DNA from: Octopus bimaculoides | Taxonomy: Eukaryota | Assembly (NCBI RefSeq): GCF_001194135.2 | Contig: NC_068986.1 | Span: 3,158,461-3,222,460 of the forward strand | DNA: 64,000 bases | Direction: 5' to 3' | In this document: in pieces, positions 13,155 through 26,699 of the stretch | Layout of the letters: each line of letters begins with the position of its first letter | Numbering within the stretch: the first letter of the stretch is position 1 | Position numbers and translations under genes: made by a program | Notes under the pieces: model-generated | Database searches by the model: none | Seen by the model: only the letters and a program-made list of their open reading frames with translations | Told to the model about the DNA's origin: nothing

Positions 13155-13398
13155 CATATATGGGTACAGGACATCACAGAATGTAAACAACACAAAATAT
13201 GAAATACGAACATTTTTTTGCAAACAACAAAAGAAACAAATGGAAAACAAGACAAGTAACATAAAGAACGACCCTTCATCAGTCGTTGGCTGTTTTTCTA
13301 CTCCGTATTTCGAGCAATCGCTTGCAAAAAAAGGATCGTATTCCCTGTTTTCGTATTTCATGTTGTTTACATCCTGTGACGTCCTGTGACCATATATG
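13155..13398. repeat. Imperfect inverted-repeat (foldback) element inside a (TA)n-rich tract
   Basis: Left arm 13155-13223 is CATATATGGGTACAGGACATCACAGAATGTAAACAACA..ATGAAATACGAA..TTTTTTTGCAA. Right arm 13322-13398 is its reverse complement with indels. A third partial end lies at 13034-13057. Confidence 0.75.
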
Positions 13399-13469
13399 CA
13401 TATGTATATATACATATATATTATTTATATTATTATATGATTGAACGCTACGCATCCATTTCCAAGTAA

Positions 13470-13523
<54 letters not shown>

Positions 13524-16500
13524 CATACATACATACATATATACATACATACATATATACATACGTATATATATATCTATATATATATTCTTTTATTTGT
13601 TTCAGTCATTTGACTGTCGCCATAGATCTCAATGCTAGACCAAAATAAATACTAGGATTCATATGAACGATCACATCTTTGAAAGCAGGGACCCCAACAT
13701 GGCTGTAGTATAATGACTGAAACCAAGAGAAAATGCACACAAAGACAATAAAGACAATAAAGTGGATAAAATTTAGAGGTAAACAGAACATTAGAATTGA
13801 TTGGTTGAAGTTTTGGAATATTCTGCTAGAGAAGTTGATAAACTGTTTCTTTGAGCAGGGCATATAACTTCCTTTTTCTGAAGGTACCTTATTGGAAAAT
13901 AGGTGACTGGGTCTTTACTATCAAACTGTCATGAATTTGAAGCTTTGACATACTAATTCAAATGTATAACTGGAATAGTCTAACTCATGAACTCATTTAA
14001 CAAGGAAAATCAGAGAAGTTCCTATTCTAATGGATGTAGTTAATTATAAACTTATTTCTAAGAATTTGATTCAATATCTTTGTAGTGACAAACTATTACT
14101 AATCAAGTTTATGTCTTGACATCATTTTTTAACCTTCAGAATAAGGAAAACATTTTAAGAGGTGCCGGAAACAAATTATAGCTTCAATATCTTTTATAGC
14201 ATATCTGTCAAACATCTGACACACAAATACGTTTTGACTTTATTTTTAAATATTCTAACAATGAGACATGTTTAAAAAACATCACATCAAGAACATTCTG
14301 AATCACAATCTCAGTGGGAAACCATTTCAATTCACAAGGTCACTGACATTGAAAAAAAGAGAAAACAAAAAATAATATAAAATATAATAAAAGTTTAATA
14401 AGTACATAGGACAAAACCTTATATTTTTTTTTCTTTTTTCTCACTGATACAGCATTTACCATCTTTTGGAACTTTCAGTTTCTCCATTCTAGGTTTTTTT
14501 AAATGTCACCATTGATCAATAACTTTAGATAATATTCTTTTTGCATTTATCAAATAATTATCAAGAATTATTTTATTGTTGATTTGGCCACCAGCTCATC
14601 TATGATCACACTGGTTTATGATCAAAAAGCATTCCAACCATGGCCATTTCGTTTTTTGTATATCTATTACTAGTGTCCAGTCTAGCCTCCTTTATTTAAG
14701 ATAAATATTCCCAGTATATTGAGTGATTACATAGAGGTATCCTGTTCGTTTGTACTCAAGTTCTAATTTCTTCTTACATTTTCTATTGTATCTATTTTAT
14801 TCAAGATAGAAGTGAGTGCTTTGAGGAGATTTTGCTACTGTTTCTAGAAGCCAAACACTAATAGAAGCACTCATCAGTTCATTATTGTAAAGTTTCCCCC
14901 TTTTTTTAAAAAAAAAAATCATGCTGTTAGCAGATTTGAGTTATTTCCCCTAGCTCATTTTTATTTTTAATTATGCAAATTAAACTGACAAAAATTTATT
15001 CATTACTCTTTTCCTCTGTGTAAAAAAAATTAGGTCAAATGATCAGGTAGGCTTGGTTTGACTATACCAGTGGTTATAGACCATGGCAGTAAAATACCTG
15101 TTTGTTATACTCACCCCCCTCACATTCATATGAAACTACCTCCTCCACCTGATCCACAGTCTGTATCCTCTTTTATTACCTTCCTTCTTGTGTCTTGAGA
15201 ACCTCTGACATCCTGTCACCATCTCTATCATCTTTCCGGCTACTCTGACCCACCCTCACATAAAGCAGGGTAGTCTTGTATCTCCACTAAAGCAAAACAC
15301 TTGGAGCTATCCCTCTTTCACACTTTAGCCTCTCAACACCTAGCATGGAACCATTGCTCCTACCCCTCTCAAATACTCCTCTCACCCTCATTTATTTGAG
15401 GGAGTTTTTCCTGTTTTCTTTCTTCTCATTCTTTTCTTGTCTTGCAAATTACTTGGTAACCTCACTAATGCTGGTAGCACACAAAACGGTAACCAGTAAA
15501 GTGTTTGGCATTGAGAAGGGCATCCAGCCATAGTATTCATGCCAAAACCAGCATTGGAGCTTGATGCAGCCCTGCTACTCCCCAGATCCTGTCAAACTGC
15601 CCAACTCATGGGAAATGAACATTAAATGATGATGATGATGATGATAATTGAAGTAAAATGATGCAATTACATTTTTAATAAATTGTAAAGATAATTGGAA
15701 CCTTTCCTTTTGAAATGTTTTTGCATTATTGTATCCATTATCATCATTACATTCACTATCAATATTGACATAGGTTGGATGGTTCAACAGGAACTGACAG
15801 ATCAGAAGACATCTTGCTCCTATGTCTCAGTTTTAGCAAGGTTTCCATGGCTGGATGCCCAACCTACCACTTATATAGAATGTACTGGGTACACTTTTTC
15901 ATAGCCCCCAACACTAAGAGAGGTTAAAAAGTCCTCTCAATCTTGTATTGTGTCTGTTCAGTTTACCAGCCACTTTATACGATGTACTGGGTGCTTTCTG
16001 TCATGACATCACCACTAATAGACCATTCTCATGAAAGTTAAACCAAAACAGGTTTTCAAAACTGATTAGAATGCCCAGAAAATACCCCACTATATACATA
16101 TAAAAGTCTATTGAAATGCTTCATATTTGATTAGACATCCATGTTGGGACCCAGATCTACACTATTTGGAAGGTATAGAAAATACTGAAAATGTCACAGC
16201 AAACTCATTAGCATTTTTCAAAATTCCAAGAGTAATGTAAATAAACACCATGAAGATTTTTATGCTGCTCTGGAGAAATTCTGAGGAACTAACAGTGAAT
16301 ATTTTTCTGGTGAAAAATTTATGTGCAATGTCACAATACATCAGACTTTTTGGATCCTCTTCAAAAACAATTCAACATACATTCAAGGTAAAAAAAATTT
16401 GTTTCAGATTTGCCTGGATAGTCAAACTCTCCTGTGTAAAATAAATGCAATTTTTTTGTAAATGCTCAAGATTTACAGCTTAGATATTTCACAATTTGTA

Positions 16501-17035
16501 TTTCTGGCTGTCACATATGTCATCATGCAAGAATGGCCAATAAGGTTGGTTCATAACTCACAAGATTAGAGAGCAACCACAATTGAAAAGTAAAATAGGG
16601 GCATAAAAACTAAATGCTTTTAATAAGGGCATTGAGGATGATTTGATGGAACCAAAGGATAACCTGGAAACGTGTGAGAAACACATATGGATCTCACCTC
16701 TGAGTGTATGGAGTAATCATCTGACTGTTGGTATGTGAAACGTTAGCAGATGGGCATATTACAAAGGTAAGACTTGTAAAATATTTGCCAATATTGAAAA
16801 AGGAACATCATGAATCTGATAATAGATTTAAGCAAAAGTTGAAGAGGGGAAAAGTTGGAAAAAAATTTAGAAATAATGATGGATAACACCTAAATCCAGC
16901 TTATTAAATTTAATTAGTTTTTGAGACATGTGACAAATAAGTCCTCTGATTTGTCATTTCTTTTAACTTCAGGTCATTTTGACCCATAAGTTCATAATGG
17001 ATTTATGAATAACAGAGAAAATAGTAATAATTTCA

Positions 17036-17365
17036 TTGGCACCTGTGCCCAGTGTCACCTTATTGGCACGTGTAAAGACATTCGAGTGAGATTGTTGCCA
17101 GTGCCGCTGGACTGGCTCCTGTGCAGGTGGCACATAAAAGACACCATTTCGAGCGTGGCCGTTGCCAGTATCGCCTTACTGGCCTTCGTGCGGGTGGCAC
17201 GTAAAAGCACGTAAAAGTGGTTGACGTTAGGAAGGGCATCCAGCTGTAGAAACTCTGCCAAATCAGATTGGAGCCTGGTGTAGCCATCTGGTTTCACCAG
17301 TCCTCAGTCAAATCGTCCAACCCATGCTAGCATGGAAAGTGGACATTAAACGATGATGATGATGA
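17036..17365 (+). mobile_element. RTE LINE 3' UTR copy
   Basis: Same element as 11008-11370 with a small internal deletion; ends in (GAT)n. Confidence 0.85.
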
Positions 17366-18281
17366 AATCAAAAAAATAGTAAGGTCGATGTCACTTTTAC
17401 TGAATATGCACAACTGTAATTATGTTTGCTTTATGACCATATATATTTTAAGTTCAATACAACAGTACAGAGCCCTGGAGTTATTGTCTCCTACCATGGC
17501 ATCAGGAAAGCCCTTATGAATAAAGTTTAGGCAGTGGCATAGCTAGGGTAAACAGCACCCAGAGGAAACCACAAAAATGCACCACCCCCACCACCAACTA
17601 CAAAATCCATGATATTATACAGTACTTATTTGTTACAAGTAGTTAATGTTTTAAAGGAATATTTTAGGAACAAATACTGTTGAGCGTATTCCTTTGTGGC
17701 TGACAATATGTGCATCTCTGATCATGAGCAGGAGTAGTGGGGGAAGATCAAAGTCATGTGTTGAGAGGAGTTCTTTGGGGGTTTGAATAAATGCAACAAA
17801 AGCAAAGTTTGAAGGAAATATTAGCCATTTTTCATACTTTCTAGGGGTAAGCAAATAAGAAATAACAGTTGCTACCCAAAGATAAAAATCGTGTTACACA
17901 GTCTTATTCTTAAACACTCTGAAAAGTGCCAAGAGTACTTCAATGAATAAACAAATAAATCAAAAGAATTCACATTAAATGTGAAGTTATTAAGAAATAT
18001 AGCATATATTAATAAAAGCATAACAAATAAATGTGCAGAAATATCTTTTTAGGAAAAATCAAAAATACACATACCCATAGCAACACATCTACACGTTACC
18101 GCAACCACGAGGTGTTTTACAGCAACCAAATGAACCCTGAATATGAAATATATGCAGGTAATAGATTATTAACATGACAACATAAGTAATACAGATCTTA
18201 AAATTATAAAAATAATAGTTCTTAAAAAGTAAAAAAAACTGATCATCAGTTAAACAAATTTCACTGTATTTAAAGAAGTCA

Positions 18282-18641
18282 GTGTGGTAGGAACCTTGCT
18301 TACGAACCACAAGGTTCTAGGTTCAGTCCCATTGTGTGACACCTTGGGCAAGTGTCTTCAACTATAGCCTCAGGCCGATCAAAGCTTTGTGAGTGGATTT
18401 GGTAGATGGAAATGGAAAGAAGCCTGTTGTATATATATGTATATATATCTATGAGTGTGTGTCTGTGTTTGTCCCCGCCATCCATTATTACTTGACAACT
18501 GTTGGTTTGTTTACATCCCTGTAACTTGGCGGTTTGGCAATAAAGTATCGAAACAATAAGTACCAGGCTTAAAAAATAAGTACTGGGGTTGGTTCATTTG
18601 ACTAAAACTTCAAGGCGGTGCTCCAGCATAGCTGCAGTCTG
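18282..18641 (+). mobile_element. tRNA-headed SINE family A, near complete
   Basis: Head GGTTCAGTCCCATTGTGTGACACCTTGGGCAAGTGTC, central (TA)/(TG) tract, 3' half ...ATAAGTACCAGG...CAAGGCGGTGCTCCAGCATAGCTGCAGTC. Confidence 0.8.
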
Positions 18642-18645
18642 ATGG

Positions 18646-18743
18646 CTGATGGTGACAAAGGGCCTCTCGCTCAGAGTAAAAGGTAGACTGTATGACGCAT
18701 GTGTACGAACAGCCATACTACATGGCAGTGAAACATGGGCCGT
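18646..18743 (+). mobile_element. RTE LINE RT C-terminal fragment
   Basis: Translates VTKGLSLRVKGRLYDACVRTAILHGSETWAV; same family as the relics at 26700-28290 and 34781-35484. Confidence 0.8.
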
Positions 18744-19998
18744 GATGATGATGATGATGATGATGATGGGTTCATCAGCTTCCCTCCAGTCTCCTCGGCT
18801 GATGTTTGTGCCGAAAGTGACTTTGGAATCCAAGTCGGTGGTGAAAGTTTCATGGGCAGAACTCACACGGGATGTTTTGTGCAGGTGAAGGATGTTGAAG
18901 ATGCTCCTTTTTTCTGGGTTTTGCCTCCTTATTCTGTTGTCTATTCTGCTCGAAGTAGGTGGCTCCATTGCAAATAGCAGCAGCCCTCCAAGCTGTCCTA
19001 TCCATGGTAATCTGTTGCCATGAGGATGGCCGGGTGTTAGCTAGCACCAAGGTCCATTCAAGCTGGTCTTTAAAATGGAATTTCGGACCTCCTCCGGTTC
19101 TTGTTCCGATTGCAAGTTCTCCATAGAGCATGATCCTTGAGAGATGAGAGGGCTCCATACACTGGACGTGACTGGCCCAGCGGAAACGATGGCGTAGAAT
19201 GGTGGCTTTGACACTTGGTAGTGAGACACGACGAAGAACTTTGTTGTTGGTAACGTGATCTTCCCATTGTGTGTTGAGGATCTGTCATCGCATCGATTGC
19301 TGGAAGCATTCAAGAACGTTTGAAGTCATGTTGGTACGATGTCCAAGTCTCAGAAGCGTAGAGTTAGAGTTGACAGGACAATGGCATGAAAGACCATGAT
19401 CTTTGGTCAGTGCGTGATAGTCAGTGTGAGATTAAAGAATACACGGCTGAGTCTGCCAAAGGTGGAGTGGACTGCTCCAATCTGGTTCTCCATGTCCCTT
19501 TCACACATGGGAATCTTTGAAAAGATGCTTCCAAGGTACGTGAAGTGTTCAGCTTCTACTAGAAGTTGGCCATTGATGCTACTAATGTTTGTGGGTGGAC
19601 TGTTCTGGCCTGGTGCAGGTAGGATCCGTGCCTTGGTCTTTAATGTGTTTATCTGCATCCCGAAGCATTTGTAAGCTGCATTGTAAAGATCAGCCGTCCT
19701 TTGTAGGCCATCTATGGTCCAGCTCAGAGTGGCATACTCGTCGGCATACTGCATCTCATGGACTGAGATGGTGGAGGTCCATGTCCTTGCACAGAGGCGT
19801 GCAAGATTGAAAAGTCCACCATTCAAGCCATAGCGCATGTCGATGGAAGGCGAGGCTAGTGGGATTTCGTTGAACATGGCAGCCATGTACAAAGAGAAAC
19901 AGGTAGGTGCTAGGATGCATCCTTGCTTAAGACCCCCAGTGATGGTAAATGGGTCTGTGAGGGCATTTTGATGGCACACCCTATCCACCATGCCATCA
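18744..19998 (-). mobile_element. RTE (BovB-type) LINE, 5'-truncated, from RT core to C-terminal Cys motif and (CAT)n tail
   Basis: GLKQGCILAPTCFSLY, MQYADEY (YADD changed to YADE), FGMQINTLKTK, FTYLGS, then frameshifted LYGELAIGTRTGGGPKFHFKDQL, DRTAWR and PCEFCP. Ends GATGAACCC(ATC)n. Confidence 0.9.
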
Positions 19999-20009
19999 AA
20001 ATATATATA

Positions 20010-20273
20010 TTAAAGCCTTGAAGCTCTACTCTCTCCAACGCCGCCGTGAGCGGTACATCATTTGTACGATGTGGAAAATATACCGCCAGCATAGCCCAAA
20101 TGACCTGAACATTAGTTTCAAGGTTCATCCAAGGCTGGGACCAAAAGCCATGCATCCCCTGCCCAATTCAGAATCACAATGTATAGGTACATTGCGACAT
20201 AATTTCTTTTCCTCAACCGGCCAAGCCCTGTTTAACATTGTCCCGAAACAGATAAAAGAGGAAAAGGATCCTA
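20010..20273 (+). mobile_element. CR1/L2-group LINE 3' ORF2 fragment
   Basis: LKLYSLQRRRERYIICTMWKI...GQALFNIVPKQIK, the C-terminal signature of CR1-group ORF2; truncated by a gap. Confidence 0.75.
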
Positions 20274-20499
20274 NNNNNNNNNNNNNNNNNNNNNNNNNNN
20301 NNNNNNNNNNNNNNNNNNNNNNNNNNNNNNNNNNNNNNNNNNNNNNNNNNNNNNNNNNNNNNNNNNNNNNNNNTATCGGATCGCTAATATGTTTATTTTG
20401 AAATTATGAAGAGAATATAAGGAAGACATACATGGAAATATGACCATATATCTAAATATGTAGATAGATAGATAGTCTGCCATTTTTATCGAAATCTGT

Positions 20500-22990
20500 T
20501 TGATTTCCTTCACCATCATTTCAAAACACCAATAGCAGCAACAACAGATTCTAGTCGTTCACGGTTTTCTCATTCTGTAGTAGAGTGCTTTAGACAAATT
20601 CCAACAGATTTCAAATGGAAAGAAAAAGATACACCGTCATATTTAATTGTCTAAAATATTAAAATTTCCGAATATTCAACCGATGTTGATCTTAAAAATC
20701 GTTGAATATCGTAACATTGGAAAGGCAAATCTAATATTCAGAGGAAACTATTTCCCAATAATTGTAAGGAGGGAAAAGCAAGGAGTAGGGGAGAAGGGGG
20801 AAAAAAAACTGAAAACCTTGCTGCATTGAATCTTTTACTTTTTGTGCGGATGTCGATTGCAAGTATTTTGGAGTAGAGAGATGATCCCTGATAGATTTGT
20901 TAGAAGAGATTAACAGCTAATAGTTTCAAATGGGCTGTGATATTTATCAGCACTGTCGTTTACATTATTTTCTTCGTTTATTGCTGTTGCAAATGTTGTT
21001 ATTTTTATGAGTAATCATCCATTAAAAATACAAACTACAACAATAAAAATAAAATGAAATCATGGTTTGCAAGTGCTCGCTTTCCCCACTCCGTAAAGCT
21101 AGCTCGCATTTTCTTCCTCCTCCTCCTCCCTCTCGTTATCGTAGGCCTCCTCCTCCTCCTCTTTCACATCCTTACCTCCCCCCTCTACCTTAGTTCCCGC
21201 CACCGCCAACCTTTTCAATGAATTCCAAGCAACACAGTAGTAAGACAGTTTGTTTACAGTCAGTCGTGGTCAGCCGTAGAAGGAATGAAGATGGGGGAGG
21301 GAAGAGAGGGTTGAATGGAAAGAGGTTGATGATGACGATGTTGTTGATAATGATAATGACGATGTAGAAGGAACTGTTAAAACGAGAGCACATAATTAAA
21401 TTGCAATATTTTTCCTATTCTCAACGAAGCAACACAAAAACACACACACAACACAAACACACAGATCTATAGGCAGAATCGTTAACCCCATCACTCTCCT
21501 CAGAAAGTATGGGTTGAACAGGTGTCTGAATATTAACGGAATGAATAACGACTAGGTAGTGTGGCGAGCAGAATATATGAAGAGGTTCGTCGCCCGTCCT
21601 TCGTCAGCAATCCTCCGACAGGAAAACACTGGCTTCATGACAACATACAACAAACCATATTCATTAACATGACTCACGCCAAACTAGCATCAGAATCCGA
21701 AATAAATAGAAATATCTTAAATACCCCAAGCTTTCACAATATACCTACAATAAATAAACACATAACAAAAGAGAATTTCCTAAAAATAAATGTAACAAAA
21801 CCGAAATATTTCATATTCGATTACACACACGCACACAGAAACATATACATAATATACGCTTGTATGCATATATACACATAGGCTTGTGTATATATGCATA
21901 CATACAGATGCCTAAATACACACATAAATGTGCATATATATGCGTTGAGATGCATATATGTGCACGTATATATACGTGTACATCGGTATGCATATATATG
22001 TATGTATATACATATTGACACACACACATAAAGGTGTGTGTATGCATGCACGCACGTATATTCCGTGTAAATATATATGTACATGTACGTGTACCAGTTT
22101 CAGAGAAGGGGAGGAATTGGAATAACATGATCTGAATATATATTGTAGAATTCCAGAAACTTGGCATTATCTGTATGCCTTCAGATTCCTTAATAATGAT
22201 GACACTTTATAAAGATTAAATACACACACACACACACACACATGTATATAGATACAAACGCACGATTCAGTTAAATATTCAATTGTGTAAAAAATAGAAA
22301 TGTCTAATCGTAAGGTGGAGCTGAATGGCAAGAATAAGGAGCAATAACGGAAACTATGTGGTTTGTGATAGAAGCACACACACTATTGGATGCCCGTTTT
22401 ACATGTTTCATAGCAGTCTCTTGTCTTCGATAGATTGGCTCTTCGCTTTCACAATGCTGCTTTTGAGAAAGCAGCACAGCAAAGAATTGGATTTATCCTA
22501 GAAGAAAACAGTATAATAATAATAATGATAATAATAATAAATAATAATAATAATAATAACAGCAACCCTTGAACGTGTTTTATTTTACCTAATGATTTCG
22601 ATAAATCATTGTAGATGTAAAAATATTTCTAGGAATAACAATTAATATATCACGAATTTGTTGTTGTTTCATTTATTTAAATAGAGCATGTAGTAGTGTG
22701 GAAATGGGGAATAAAAATGAAGAACGAGATGTGGAAGAAGGGAGTAAAAAGCTGAGGGGAAGAAAAAAAAGAAACAACTTTCACAAACAGAGCTCCTGTG
22801 TATAAAAATGTAAGCGTTATAATACAAGCCACTAGTGTCAGTTGTAAGAATCCATCAGGGGAAGAACATTTAATGCAATTACTTCACAGGATGGATATAC
22901 GTTGAGAGTGCGTGTACACATACATACATATATACGTAAATGTATGAAATATGAGTGTATATATACATTCATATATATATGTGTGAGTGC

Positions 22991-23046
<56 letters not shown>

Positions 23047-26000
23047 AATGCGATGTAGAATTGAATCGAAGCTGAAGCTTTTTCTGCAGCAACATGACCC
23101 ACAAATAGGCAATGATATACATAAATACTGGAAATATAATCAACACGTATCTCTCTATTTTCCACTCCAAAACGACCAAATTGCTACAACAATAATCAAA
23201 ACCCCTTTCCCAATTAATAACACTAAATTTACGAAGCAATACTGCTTTGTATGTCATGAATTAATATTTGTTTTGTCGAAATTACTCACTCAAAGTGTGT
23301 ATATATATATATGTGTGTGCGCGTGTGTGTGTGTAGGGAAGAGAAAGGGGTGGAAAAGAGATGAGTGAGGAAGAAAGAAAAAGGATAATTGAATAATAGC
23401 GGACGACATATGTAGGTATGTTTTGAAAATATAGTAGAACGAAGATAGAGGATAAAATGTAATGATATTTAAGATTTATTGGATGAACAGGGACGTTGTT
23501 TTCGACAGAGATTCTTCGCAGGGATGGTGGGGATCTAAATTGGCGCAGATCCAATTCCAAACATGGCCACAGGGTTAATTTCACTAATTAAATGTTCTGT
23601 CAAGATGACAAAATGTAGTAGTACTTACGACAGCCAGCCATATTTAAAAAGTCTTCACTATATTTTAGCCGACGATGACATCTGTGAGATGTATGTAATG
23701 AAGAAAAACAAACGAGAAAGCACTGTTCGTTATCTACACCAAACCAACACAATACCCATATACATCAGTGGCTTGGTCATTAGTACAACTGGTACATCGC
23801 GACATGGAGAGCCTGTGACCCACATGAACTACCTTCTTTTTAATTAAAAAAAAATGCACATGAAGATTCGGGGTTTTGACTACTCTAAAATAAACTTTGA
23901 AGATAAAGACGGGGGGAAAAGGCATAAAACTTATTAGTGTATATATGAATAACGTGGATACGTATAGGATTGTAAGGCGCGATATTTCCTGAGAGGAAGC
24001 TGTTAATTAGAAAGGAAGGAGTGTGAATGGTGTAACTAACCAACCCTACATGCAAAACACTGCACTGCCCTAGAGGGGAGCCATTCAGTTTTTATACGAA
24101 AAAACAGTAAATAATGAGAGGTGGAGGACTGGTGAAAAAGTCAGGTAGAGGAATAAATATGACTTTAGAAAAGTCATTCATACGAAGGTCTTGTTGACCG
24201 TCTTTAATGGGAACAAACACGGATGGATCAGTAGAGAACGAGGGAAAAAAACATCTTCCTCTACAAGATATGACAGTGCTCTTCACATTTGGATTAACTA
24301 TGTAAATAAACACAATCTTGCTCCAGGCTTGCTTTTGGGCAGAACAACACATTGCAAACTGACCGTTGATGTGTTCAATTAAAGACCAGGAAGATAGAAA
24401 TACAGTGAAATAAAGCGAAACAGAAACGAAAGAAAAAAACAACAGATTTCTAAAACGGTTGGGAAAAAAAGTAATAAATAACAATGTGAAGATAAACAGT
24501 TGAGATATGAGATCGACTACAAACAAAATGGGGGAGAATCGATCTAAATAATCCGCCTGTTGTGATTCAATCGCCAATTTCTGGGTTTTTTTTTTACTTT
24601 ATTTTAACTGTTTTTGAACCATCAAGAAATCTGTCATAAATTCGAGATGTGAACTTACGAATAAGACACACAAAAGACTGCATCAATTGAAAAACAATCT
24701 TTCTCTCCTGGAAGGAGGAGGGGGGGGGGGGAATGAATGATGCTGGAGATGGGAGACACAAAATATTGATAGCAACAGTATAAATTTAGTAGAAGTAATT
24801 GGCATTTTGTTGAATACTTACCATGCATTGTGGCGTGCAAATAAGGTAGGGAGATCTATCTATGTCTAGAATATAGATGATAGTGAATGTATATATGTGG
24901 TATGCGTACACGCGCGGGTGGATACGCGTGTGTCGTCCAGGTCTGGTGTATATAATACAACAGTGTTCAGTGAAAACGAGAAGCAGCAACTGTGCCCCAG
25001 TCTGGCATCCTACAACGTGCGTGTGTTGTCTTCTAAGAGCTAAAAGATGACTCGCTCAGCTCCTCGCTTACTACTAAGTCTTTTAGAAGTTACCCAAATT
25101 GACGTAAGGATGAAGACAGTGAAAGATAGAGCTGGAGGTAGGGAGAGAGAGAGAGAGAGGAGTAAGAGGAAAGGAGAGAGAGAGAGAGAGAAAGAGGCTA
25201 ACAAGTAGCTGGTAAAAATACTAGAGCTACTATAACATGAAGAGGACTGCTGTCGCTACTGCTACTGCTGTACTAGCACCATCACCACCACCACCATTAC
25301 CGCTACCACTGCAGCCGCAACAGTAAACGGAACAGACAATGAGATAGAGACTAGAACCTGGCCAACATTGATAGGTAACTAGGTAGATATGCTGAAGTAC
25401 TACACAGTGCGACTGTATACTTCAATGATGGAGTGGAGTTGCTGTCAGTAGAGATAGACGAGGTGACGGTGGTTGAAGGAAAAGAAGGAGGAAGATGAAG
25501 GCAACAGAATGAGTAGGGAGAATAAAGGGTGAAGCGGAGTTTCGGTTAATTCTTGTTTAGGAATGGAATGAAATTAAAATACGAAGTAGAATGAATACTT
25601 CTAGTAAAAAAAAAAATGAATGAATGATAAATATAAATATTTTAAAATATATGTTGCTTCCTGTGTATGTGCGCAGGGGGTGGGNNNNNNNNNNNNNNNN
25701 NNNNNNNNNNNNNNNNNNNNNNNNNNNNNNNNNNNNNNNNNNNNNNNNNNNNNNNNNNNNNTAGCAGTAGAAAAAAAGTAAAAAATTAAAAGGTATAAAA
25801 AAAGGGGGAAATAAGCAGGAGGGGTGGGGAGAAGAAATTAACAGGAATAAGGGAGACCTCTGGCGAATATATTAACGAAGGGCATTAACTCTAAATTGGT
25901 GTAGTTTCGATTGTGCTAGTTTTACTTCTCGCGCGCTAAGTGAGCTCAACGGAGAAATTTAATTCATTGTATTGTAATACTTTCAGCGGACTTCAAAAAG

Positions 26001-26500
26001 AAAAAGTTATTGATTTCTTTTGAAATTTTACAAGGAGGCGTATAGGTGATTGAATTGGCTCTTGTATAATACTAGTGGTTGTTTGAATGACCCAGGACAG
26101 AGATAATTAAAAGGAGACGTCGACCCCCAACTGATTTTGAGATCCGAAAAAGAAAGTTAAAAACCAAATACTAAATGAAATCAAACATCTACTCTGTTAC
26201 TAATTCCACGTTTGAAAATGTTTAACTTCTACTGTAAAAGTCCGTGATACTTTTGCTAATATGTTATCGACGAGGCTTATTTTATTTATTTATTTGAAAG
26301 AGTAAAAAAAGTATTCGATTACTTATTTGCAAGAATGAAGATCGACCGGGTTCGATGGAACAAGAAAACGTGAGGCAAATATATGTATTTCCCCTTTCTG
26401 TATTATTTGTGTTATTTTTCTGTGTTCGTTTACATATGTTTGTGTGTGCGCGTGTAAATCGTTCTATCTTTACTAGATCCAAAATGCTATAATTTTGGAA
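20500..26500. promoter_or_regulatory. CpG-retaining region, candidate promoter or 5' UTR exon region of an unidentified gene
   Basis: Manual counts: 9 CpG in 180 bp (21541-21720) versus 2 in 600 bp (14041-14640) and 0 in 360 bp (33121-33480). The region has few recognisable TEs, GA/ACC simple repeats, and strong minus-strand donor-like sites at 21176 (GAG|GTAAGG) and 24822 (ATG|GTAAGT). No product identified. Confidence 0.4.
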
Positions 26501-26699
26501 GAGATGAAGTTGCGGCATACATACCTTTCCTAATGACATTAGCAGTAAAGGTAAAACTAAAAGGCATCAATCATGAATTAAATCCAGTTCACATACCCTA
26601 TTTGCGGGGATCTTCCCTTTTACCTTTCAGATGCAGGGAAAAAAATATCAGAAGACAATACCTTCTTCCTGTCAGGTGCAAAACGTCAGGGCTTCCACT

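Noticed and set aside
16135-16388. Exon-like stretch (HPCWDPDLHYLEGIENTENVTANSLAF..) ending at a CAAG|GTAAAA donor
   Set aside because: Needs a frameshift and a stop read-through to stay open, the acceptor is weak, and no family is recognised.
21190-21393. 67-aa minus-strand ORF in the CpG-rich region
   Set aside because: Low-complexity, and all frames stop before the nearby donor; at best untranslated.
25927-25936. TCTCGCG half-site resembling a housekeeping-promoter motif
   Set aside because: Incomplete palindrome, too short to support on its own.
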